IMG/VR virus record: IMGVR_UViG_3300029873_000373
Source: a virus
Lineage: Duplodnaviria; Heunggongvirae; Uroviricota; Caudoviricetes
Reading direction: 5' to 3' (one strand)
DNA length: 17,506 nt
In this document: one piece after another, positions 7,834 through 14,144 of the stretch
Numbering within the stretch: position 1 is the first letter of the stretch
How the letters are laid out: each line of letters begins with the position of its first letter
Translations under genes and position numbers: made by a program
The notes under the pieces: model-generated
Database searches by the model: none
What the model saw: the letters and a program-made list of their open reading frames with translations, nothing else
Told to the model about the DNA's origin: nothing

Positions 7834-8492
7834 AGGTGCACCTCCCGTTGATTACGACGGAACGCGGAGTGACCCTGGACGGTTTCAGCCTCATGGAATG
7901 CTTCAATACAGCTCTCGTAGTACCGCATTGTGCGCAGACTTAACCCAAGCTGAAGCATCATCAGACCATCAAGGGTGATGTAATAACCACGCAGGGAGTC
8001 ACCGTAGATGTGATAAGTACCCGGTATGAAATTGCGGGTAAAAAACCCGCGTGAGCAGTTCAGATACTCGATTTTGTCAACGATGTTCTGGTGCATGCGC
8101 TTGAAATGGCAGGCAACATGCAGGGAGAAAATAACGGCCTTGCCGTTGACGACTTCGATTTTTAGGAATGGGGAAGTTAGGACAGTAGCCATGATGGCAG
8201 CCTCCGTATGCAATGGATAACTTCCACCACCGGAGCTGCGAAACTCATGGGTGGTGAACTGAACAGGGTTCGCAGTACCGGCGCATACGGAAACCGGCGA
8301 GCCTTTCGGCTCCCCTGCCCAGCCCACCATAATTCTGGCGTGCGTGAGCGCGGACGATAAAAAAGACGCTGGCGCGTCATATATCGCCGTATGCAATTCC
8401 GGGCTGCGACCCCCGGCACCCGCTTTATAAGGTGCGGAGACAGTGTAACGTCCCGAAATTGCAGAATCAATATTTGGTCTTGAAATGATCAT
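7830..8492 (-). CDS. Rha-family regulatory protein paralog (divergent Rha domain) carrying the same N-terminal module
   Basis: N-terminal 100 aa about 75% identical to the adjacent gene; Rha-like IEVVNGKAVIFSLHVACHFKRMHQNIVDKI. ATG 8492 has no SD; internal ATG 8192 has GGAGG and may be the true start. Confidence 0.6.
   Translation of the reverse strand: MIISRPNIDSAISGRYTVSAPYKAGAGGRSPELHTAIYDAPASFLSSALTHARIMVGWAGEPKGSPVSVCAGTANPVQFTTHEFRSSGGGSYPLHTEAAIMATVLTSPFLKIEVVNGKAVIFSLHVACHFKRMHQNIVDKIEYLNCSRGFFTRNFIPGTYHIYGDSLRGYYITLDGLMMLQLGLSLRTMRYYESCIEAFHEAETVQGHSAFRRNQREVHL
8193..8492. repeat. Copy 2 of the ~300-bp duplicated coding module
   Basis: Same as above; differences are substitutions only, many at third codon positions of the minus-strand frame. 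Confidence 0.85.
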
Positions 8493-8576
8493 ATAGCTGC
8501 TGATATCTTTAGAACTGTTCTTGGATGTTTCGGAGCCGTTTTATGCGAAACAGCTCCCCGTTATTGATGTTGAGTG

Positions 8577-8601
8577 AGCCGGGTTACTCCCGGCTTTTTT
8601 T
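8577..8601 (+). terminator. Intrinsic-terminator-like hairpin plus T7 run, oriented for the plus strand, between minus-strand genes
   Basis: AGCCGGG-TTACT-CCCGGCT followed by TTTTTTT (8595-8601), abutting the stop of the 8601-9308 gene; on the minus strand the hairpin is preceded, not followed, by the A/U run. Confidence 0.5.
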
Positions 8602-9308
8602 CACCGCTGCCAACCAATAACCTGAAATAACCCCATTTTCGGGTGATACCAGCGAGTCCCTCGCGGTTCTGCTTCCTCCATAATCCGATAAAAAGCAGCC
8701 ATAAACGGTTCCACAGCAACAATTGCGCGACGTGACAACAATCCGTCCGGCGTCATGAACTCATGGGTGTCTGTAGGAATCTGATAGGCGTTCACCAGAT
8801 TGCGGCATTTATCATCTGACAAACCGGTTTTTGCTTTCAGTTGGCGATATCCGGCATAGCCCTCACGAATAGTGCCCTTTTTAATTTGCTCGACTGTTTC
8901 AGCAACGTGGCTGACTTTTTCTTCCACCTGAGTGATCCGTTTCTGTTGGCGAACGGCTTCAAGAGCCATCGCGGCAACCATTTCGATTTCGCTCATTGGC
9001 TTACGGATCTGTTCTTCCAGTTCGCGCCAGCGATCTACCAGGCGAGCTGTGAATTCAGGACAGAGCTGTGCGACGACAATGATGCTGTCGCGCTTACCTC
9101 GTTCACCTTCGAATACATACGCGCTAGAAAATCGGCGAGGCCCAAGTGATTGTTTATTCTCAATTTCCACAGTCTGTGGAAATTGGATGATTCCCTTTTT
9201 AGCCAGTGTTTCAATAGTTCTCTTAACACTATCTGGTCGGCTTCCCACCAGCTCTGCGATCTCAACGCTGGTCATGGATGCTTTGCCGTTAAAAATTGCG
9301 GTGTTCAT
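8601..9308 (-). CDS. Rha-family phage regulatory protein (antirepressor-like)
   Basis: 235 aa; N-terminal MTSVEIAELVGSRPDSVKRTIETLAKKGII fits the Rha-domain pattern; coiled-coil-like middle; SD AGGAGA before ATG 9308. Confidence 0.7.
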   Translation of the reverse strand: MNTAIFNGKASMTSVEIAELVGSRPDSVKRTIETLAKKGIIQFPQTVEIENKQSLGPRRFSSAYVFEGERGKRDSIIVVAQLCPEFTARLVDRWRELEEQIRKPMSEIEMVAAMALEAVRQQKRITQVEEKVSHVAETVEQIKKGTIREGYAGYRQLKAKTGLSDDKCRNLVNAYQIPTDTHEFMTPDGLLSRRAIVAVEPFMAAFYRIMEEAEPRGTRWYHPKMGLFQVIGWQR

Positions 9309-9532
9309 TGTTGGTCTCCTGTGGGCTTGTCATCTTCTGTATTCGCTAGACTTGGGTGTGTATATGGAATGCTCGGATCCAGATGACAAAGAATGGCAAC
9401 ATCCTCCGGAACACCTCGCGTTTTCCACTTTCCAACACCTTGACTGCCACGAGGCCTTCCTTTCTTTGGGAACCTGCGACCAATAGCGGCATTGGTTTTA
9501 AATTGAATTTTTAATATTTCATAAAGGGTCAT
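9305..9532 (-). CDS. Candidate first ORF of the early-right operon (75 aa, basic, no recognisable HTH)
   Basis: ATG 9532 lies about 30 nt downstream of the predicted PR start; ATGA overlap with the Rha gene; weak SD; low-complexity basic sequence, so it may be non-coding leader. Confidence 0.3.
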   Translation of the reverse strand: MTLYEILKIQFKTNAAIGRRFPKKGRPRGSQGVGKWKTRGVPEDVAILCHLDPSIPYTHPSLANTEDDKPTGDQQ

Positions 9533-9549
9533 TCTTTAGTCTCACGCCA

Positions 9550-9622
9550 GATACTTTGTTATCCAACGATGTTAACCATAGGAACCCAAAGTATCAAGAA
9601 ATTCTGTTACTTTAGTATCAAC
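9550..9622. promoter_or_regulatory. Rightward-operator/promoter-like region (divergent PR/PRM analogue) with repeated operator motif
   Basis: Motif CAAAGTATCAA at 9587-9597, TTTAGTATCAAC at 9611-9622 and inverted GATACTTTG at 9550-9558. Candidate minus-strand promoter: -35 TTGATA (rc of 9592-9597), 17-bp spacer, -10 TAACAT (rc of 9569-9574). Confidence 0.5.
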
Positions 9623-9643
9623 AGCCATGAGAGGAGAAGAAAA

Positions 9644-10300
9644 ATGAAGTCTTTAGGTGAACGTCTCATCAACGCACGGCAAAAAGCTGGGTTAACACAA
9701 GATGCGTTGGCTAAAAAAGCTGGGGTCACCAGAGTTGCAATAAGTAAAGCCGAGCAAGGCCTTACAAAAAGTTTCAACGGTGACACCCTTTTTAAAGTTG
9801 CAGCTGCACTGCGGTGTTCACCGCAGTGGCTTCAGAACGGAGATGAAAAAGATAAGCATTGGGAAAATAATGTTAAGAGCTGCCCACAGAGAGACACAGC
9901 ACACTCTTACCCTGTAATTAACTGGGTTCAGGCAGGATTATTCGCAACTTCTGGTGATGACTACAACATGTATGATCAGGATAATTGGAGGCATTCTGTA
10001 AAATACGCTGGTGAGAGGGGGTTCTGGCTGGAAGTGCACGGAGACTCAATGACTTCGCCCGTAGGAATAACATTTCCTGAAGGAATGTCGATCCTTGTCA
10101 ACCCAGATAAAGAAGTTTTTTCAGGGTGTTACGTCATCGCCAGAAAAAAATCCACCAATGAAGCAACATTCAAAAAATATATTTCTGACATGGGAAAGGC
10201 GTTTCTAAAGCCCCTTAATCCACAATATCCAATCATAGAAATGGACAATGATTGCGAAATAGTAGGTGTTGTGGTTGATGCCAGATGGGATATTTTCTGA
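9644..10300 (+). CDS. cI: CI-like prophage repressor (XRE-family HTH plus LexA/S24 peptidase-like C-terminal domain)
   Basis: 218 aa; SD GAGGAGAAG before ATG 9644; HTH LINARQKAGLTQDALAKKAGVTRVAISKAEQG; S24 catalytic context GDSM ... ATFKKY; divergent from the early-right operon. Confidence 0.9.
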   Translation: MKSLGERLINARQKAGLTQDALAKKAGVTRVAISKAEQGLTKSFNGDTLFKVAAALRCSPQWLQNGDEKDKHWENNVKSCPQRDTAHSYPVINWVQAGLFATSGDDYNMYDQDNWRHSVKYAGERGFWLEVHGDSMTSPVGITFPEGMSILVNPDKEVFSGCYVIARKKSTNEATFKKYISDMGKAFLKPLNPQYPIIEMDNDCEIVGVVVDARWDIF

Positions 10301-10305
10301 CCAGA

Positions 10306-10333
10306 CACAAAACACAAAACACAAAACACAAAA
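10306..10333. repeat. Perfect heptamer tandem repeat (CACAAAA)x4
   Basis: Four exact 7-bp units directly after the cI stop codon and before the leftward operator motif. Confidence 0.9.
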
Positions 10334-10338
10334 AGAAA

Positions 10339-10386
10339 CCAAAGTATCAAAAATCACTTGCCACGACTTGATACCTTAGTTACCAT
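10339..10386 (+). promoter_or_regulatory. Leftward-operator/promoter-like region (PL/OL analogue)
   Basis: Same operator motif as the rightward region: CCAAAGTATCAA (10339-10350) and inverted TTGATACCTTAG (10368-10379). Candidate promoter -35 TTGCCA (10358-10363), 17-bp spacer, -10 TACCAT (10381-10386). Confidence 0.45.
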
Positions 10387-10417
10387 AAAACAAAGTTCGT
10401 AACTGAGGTATCATCTC

Positions 10418-10921
10418 ATGATCAATAAAGCTACAACTCTTGACTGTCTCGAAGAACTGAAAAACCTCGGCAGCCTCATTACACTAATAGCAAAAGCAAC
10501 ACCTGATGCTACGCTCTCTAGCGATATAGAGTCATGCGCAGGACTGGCATGGGATATGACAAATAGCATATCCAGAAAGCTATCGTCAGCAATGCTTTTA
10601 CAGAACAAAAATTCTGCAATCAACAACCGTCTTCGCACCCAACGCGAAGCCTGCGGCTTAACAACCGCCGAACTCGCCAGGCTGCTCGATCTCGATGAAG
10701 AAATCATCATTCAGTGGGAGAGCGGAGAGTATGAACCAACCATCAGTATGCTTATCCCACTGGCAAATATTCTTGGCTGCGATCCGATGTGGCTGTTAAC
10801 TGGCGAGGTTACTCCTCCGGAGCAACCAAAAAGTGAGGAGCAGCAACACCATGACGCATCTCAACAAGTTTGCCCCTTATCTCGCGAAGCTCTTCTGCGG
10901 AAGAACCAATACCAATGGTGA
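10418..10921 (+). CDS. XRE-family HTH protein with ~70-aa N-terminal extension, in the position lambda N occupies
   Basis: 167 aa; SD TGAGGT before ATG 10418; HTH LRTQREACGLTTAELARLLDLDEEIIIQWESGEYEPTISMLIPLANILGCDPMWLLTGE; no arginine-rich N-like motif. Confidence 0.6.
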   Translation: MINKATTLDCLEELKNLGSLITLIAKATPDATLSSDIESCAGLAWDMTNSISRKLSSAMLLQNKNSAINNRLRTQREACGLTTAELARLLDLDEEIIIQWESGEYEPTISMLIPLANILGCDPMWLLTGEVTPPEQPKSEEQQHHDASQQVCPLSREALLRKNQYQW

Positions 10922-11049
10922 CATAATCGCCGCTTCGCCCTTCAAGGTACATGCGAACATTTTTATCAATCATTGCGGAAACAGTCTCAATATGAAAACA
11001 CTTCTGAGACTCGCTATATAGCAGAACATATAAGTCAGCTGAGGAAGCC

Positions 11050-11415
11050 ATGAAAAAGTTCGAAAACATAACTGTTCTCCATGTTGATGACTTTGATTAT
11101 ACAAACCCGGAACTTCTCCCGGAGGTTGTAAAGGCAATAGATGTTGCCGATATAGTGATTAGAGAAAAGAGAATTGTCAAAAACAGGCTCGCATGCACTT
11201 CAGGAGCAATGACAGAAACAACCTCACAGCAAGATAATTACGAAGGCATTTGCCTGGAGCCTGATTCATTTGCAATAAATGTTTATCATTTATTGCATGC
11301 AACACAGGTATTACATATGTCCAGTAATCACGAAACGAAAACACTCGGCAGCGAAATTCTGAATTTTGCATGTGAGTATACAAAAGCTGCTGCCGAAAAA
11401 GAATTAGCGCAATAA
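11050..11415 (+). CDS. Hypothetical protein (121 aa), AT-rich accessory gene
   Basis: SD GAGGAAG before ATG 11050; about 35% GC; no recognisable motif. Confidence 0.6.
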   Translation: MKKFENITVLHVDDFDYTNPELLPEVVKAIDVADIVIREKRIVKNRLACTSGAMTETTSQQDNYEGICLEPDSFAINVYHLLHATQVLHMSSNHETKTLGSEILNFACEYTKAAAEKELAQ

Positions 11416-11493
11416 CAACAAATATGCCCTGAACGTTTATTGCGGTTTTATCGCCGGGGATTGTTACAACCTTAATCCACAGGAGGCTTTATT

Positions 11494-11607
11494 GTGACTT
11501 TTATAAAGAATATGGCATCACACAAGACCGCCTGCCTTATTGCACAATACGGTGAAAATTACATGCATATTGCCTGCTTATTTCTGCGTAAAGCATACGG
11601 GAGATAA
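11494..11607 (+). CDS. Candidate small ORF (37 aa) with perfect SD, absent from the ORF track
   Basis: AGGAGG, 7-nt spacer, GTG 11494; stops at TAA 11605-11607 just before the next gene's start. Confidence 0.3.
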   Translation: MTFIKNMASHKTACLIAQYGENYMHIACLFLRKAYGR

Positions 11608-11609
11608 TA

Positions 11610-11798
11610 ATGCATCAGAAAACAGCAGAACACGAACAAACCAGAGTATTGCTGACCATCAAAAACGGGAAAGTAATATTCATTCGCCATGTTCATGACG
11701 ATGAACTTGTAGGAAATCTTTCAACATTCCTGTTTATTGCAGAAAAGGCAGGATATGACGTTATTGCACCAGCAGATGAAGATGAAGATGAGGAATAA
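11610..11798 (+). CDS. Hypothetical small protein (62 aa) with acidic C-terminal tail (PADEDEDEE)
   Basis: SD GGGAGA before ATG 11610; highly acidic C-terminus. Confidence 0.55.
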   Translation: MHQKTAEHEQTRVLLTIKNGKVIFIRHVHDDELVGNLSTFLFIAEKAGYDVIAPADEDEDEE

Positions 11799-11803
11799 AT
11801 ATC

Positions 11804-12385
11804 ATGCAATACGATGAATTCCAGGCTGAAGCAACAGCCAATGGTATACGAACTGGCAGTATGACGATTGATTATCACGACGCCATACGTCGTCTGGATG
11901 CCGGAGAATTCGATACTCCTAATGTGCGAGGTTTACGTATCCTTCAGTGTCTGGCGCAAGCCGACGAAGCAGGATTACTGGGTAAACTTCCGGTTGAGAT
12001 GAAGGTTGCTCAGTGGCGATGGTTGTATGTGACGACATTCATCAACGAAGAAGAAGACAAGAACGGCACAATTGATATCCTGAATGAACACGGAACAACT
12101 GAACACGCCGTGGTATATAACGGGATGTATGGGTTTATGACGATATATCCCGGCCCCATTCGATTTGCCTTACAACAGTATATTGAATGGAATTTAATTC
12201 AAAAATACGGCGAAGCTGAAGGAATGGGAAGAGCGCTGTTTCTTTATCAGAAAATGCTCACTACTTCCCCTGATAAAGGTTTCATTCTTTCAGATATGGG
12301 TCGAGAAGGGCTTGAAATCCTTCTGGATGAAATTATTAACGAAATGAATACTCATGGCATGCAATCCGAAACAGATATTAAGTAA
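11804..12385 (+). CDS. Hypothetical protein (193 aa)
   Basis: ATG 11804 starts 5 nt after the previous stop; no recognised domain. Confidence 0.6.
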   Translation: MQYDEFQAEATANGIRTGSMTIDYHDAIRRLDAGEFDTPNVRGLRILQCLAQADEAGLLGKLPVEMKVAQWRWLYVTTFINEEEDKNGTIDILNEHGTTEHAVVYNGMYGFMTIYPGPIRFALQQYIEWNLIQKYGEAEGMGRALFLYQKMLTTSPDKGFILSDMGREGLEILLDEIINEMNTHGMQSETDIK

Positions 12386-12395
12386 AAGGGACCAC

Positions 12396-12644
12396 ATGAC
12401 CGTTATCGAGTATATCCAGGAAAATCCAGATTGCAGTAGAGAAGATATATCCCTCGCACTTGGAAGAAGCGCAACTTCTATCAGTAATGAATTATCACGG
12501 TTATTGTGGAATGGGTTAATAGTACGAACTGGAGAAAAAAACAAAATGATTCTGTACTGCGTAAACAATCTGCCGTTTGGATACAGCAATCCCCTAAGTG
12601 TTATGTTCAACCAGTTACTTAAACAGGTAAGAAATGGCAACTGA
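12396..12644 (+). CDS. Small winged-helix-like DNA-binding protein (82 aa)
   Basis: SD AAAGGGA before ATG 12396 (track ORF starts upstream at 12354, inside the previous gene); HTH-like CSREDISLALGRSATSISNELSRLLWNGLIV. Confidence 0.55.
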   Translation: MTVIEYIQENPDCSREDISLALGRSATSISNELSRLLWNGLIVRTGEKNKMILYCVNNLPFGYSNPLSVMFNQLLKQVRNGN

Positions 12645-12924
12645 CTCACAACTAACCATAGAAACGGCCCTGAATGTCGGCCTGGCGCTCCTTGGTTATT
12701 TTTACATCGTGTTCTGCAGCGGACGGTGGCTGTCGCTGTTGTTCCTGAAAAAATGGAATAAACGCCGTAAGCAGGATGAACGCCAGAAGGCATTAGAAGC
12801 GTTCTATGACGCATTTGAGCTTAGCCGCATTGAACCAGGTACAACAGCCAGGATAGCGACAAAAGGCGACCTGATGATAGTGATGTTCCGACAGGAGAGA
12901 GCAGAGAAAGGGGAATCAGCATGA
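12634..12924 (+). CDS. Small membrane protein (96 aa, one predicted transmembrane helix)
   Basis: Hydrophobic segment ALNVGLALLGYFYIVFCSGRWLSLLFL followed by a basic stretch; overlaps both neighbours (coupling). Confidence 0.55.
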   Translation: MATDSQLTIETALNVGLALLGYFYIVFCSGRWLSLLFLKKWNKRRKQDERQKALEAFYDAFELSRIEPGTTARIATKGDLMIVMFRQERAEKGESA

Positions 12925-13661
12925 AATTTTCCAAATTTTCTGAGTTGGTGAATCGTATTTTGTCCAACAACCACAGCCATCGTCGCGATATGGATGTAAC
13001 GATCGTTGTTCATTCGCCTGGCAGCATTGGTTCAACACCCTCAGTTGAAGTTCAGTCAATTCACGCTGGTTTTGATTGGGATTCCGGGAAAGTGCTGATT
13101 TTCCCAGCACAGCCACTGACCACTCTAACACCAGAACAGATTACTGATATTACTGATAGTGTGCGCAAAGGTCAGTCCTGGCACGCATATCAGGAATACA
13201 AGAAGCATAAAGAGCAGTTGGAAAAATTATCGATTGAACTTGATGCCGCAAAACAGCGCATTGCAGAGCTGGAGGGTAATTTCACGGCGCTGGCAGCGGA
13301 GAATGCGGGAATAAAGTCTGCAATTCCAGAATCACGGGATATTGAAGATGACAATGACAATATGGATGACGTATCTCTCGCGGAAGACTTCGGGTTCAAT
13401 CATGCAATAGAACGGATGAGGAGACAGATACCTGAAACGCCAACCACTGATGCTTTCCTGGCTGAAGTCCGGGCGCAGGGGGTGGATGCTGCTATAGAAG
13501 CTGCAAAAAATCTGGTGGCCCAAGAATATGAGTATAAGGATTTCAAAGCGGCGCAGAGTGATTGCTGTATGTACCCTGGTTCAGACCTGGTAGGGAAGGT
13601 TGAAATGACTGAGTGGTTAGTTGACTTTGCTGCCCAGCTTCGCAAAGGAGGCAACCAGTGA
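12921..13661 (+). CDS. Hypothetical coiled-coil phage protein (246 aa)
   Basis: ATGA overlap upstream; central heptad-like region (KEQLEKLSIELDAAKQRIAELEGNFTALAAENAGIK) and acidic stretch. Confidence 0.6.
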   Translation: MKFSKFSELVNRILSNNHSHRRDMDVTIVVHSPGSIGSTPSVEVQSIHAGFDWDSGKVLIFPAQPLTTLTPEQITDITDSVRKGQSWHAYQEYKKHKEQLEKLSIELDAAKQRIAELEGNFTALAAENAGIKSAIPESRDIEDDNDNMDDVSLAEDFGFNHAIERMRRQIPETPTTDAFLAEVRAQGVDAAIEAAKNLVAQEYEYKDFKAAQSDCCMYPGSDLVGKVEMTEWLVDFAAQLRKGGNQ

Positions 13662-14143
13662 GCGAAATTAATTACCAGGCACTGCGTGAGGTGGCGGAAC
13701 GTGCAATTCCAGCAATGGAACGCCTGTTAATGTTGCCAGCTGATGATGACTTGTTAAGTGAACAGGAACTTAAAGATTACGGTGTGGATATTGATGCGCT
13801 CAACGCCTTCAAATTTCTGACCGGACCAGAAACCGTGCTGGCACTGCTGGATGAACGGGAAAGAAACCTGCAATACATCAAAAGCCGCGATCAGGAGAAC
13901 GAGGATATTGCGCTAACGGTAGGGAAGCTGCGCGTTGAGCTTGAAGCAGAAAAACAGCGGGCAAAAGTTCTATTTATGGAAAATGCTCGGCTTAAGTCAG
14001 GCATAGCCGGTCTGATACACCTCGGTATTCGATATGCAGATGTTGAGGTCATGAAAATTGCTGGAGATGCCCAGCTTTCTACCCCATGCACTGACAGCAT
14101 CATAAACAGCATTGCAACAGGCATTCGCATCAAAGGAGAGTGA
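13658..14143 (+). CDS. Hypothetical coiled-coil protein, possibly Ead/Ea22-like (161 aa)
   Basis: GTG start with strong SD AAGGAGG and GTGA overlap; the N-terminus MSEINYQALREVAERA recalls Ea22-like prophage proteins (recollection only). Confidence 0.55.
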   Translation: MSEINYQALREVAERAIPAMERLLMLPADDDLLSEQELKDYGVDIDALNAFKFLTGPETVLALLDERERNLQYIKSRDQENEDIALTVGKLRVELEAEKQRAKVLFMENARLKSGIAGLIHLGIRYADVEVMKIAGDAQLSTPCTDSIINSIATGIRIKGE

Positions 14144-14144
14144 T

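Noticed and set aside
8543-8618. Small plus-strand ORF (MRNSSPLLMLSEPGY...) upstream of and through the antisense terminator
   Set aside because: The frame runs through the terminator hairpin and T-run, so the hairpin is more plausibly an RNA 3' end than coding sequence.
8932-9486. 184-aa and 78-aa plus-strand ORFs across the first Rha gene and the cI-upstream region
   Set aside because: Antisense to the Rha CDS and crossing the divergent promoter region; no SD and low-complexity sequence.
10306-10333. Short perfect tandem repeat considered as a possible CRISPR array
   Set aside because: Units are only 7 bp, directly adjacent with no spacers and no cas genes; it is a simple heptamer microsatellite.
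10411-10710. 99-aa minus-strand ORF antisense to the XRE-HTH gene
   Set aside because: Ser/Arg-rich low-complexity translation and no SD; the sense frame encodes a clear HTH domain.
11472-11480. DnaA-box-like 9-mer TAATCCACA
   Set aside because: Single imperfect copy (8 of 9 against TTATCCACA) with no cluster; insufficient to call a DnaA-binding site.
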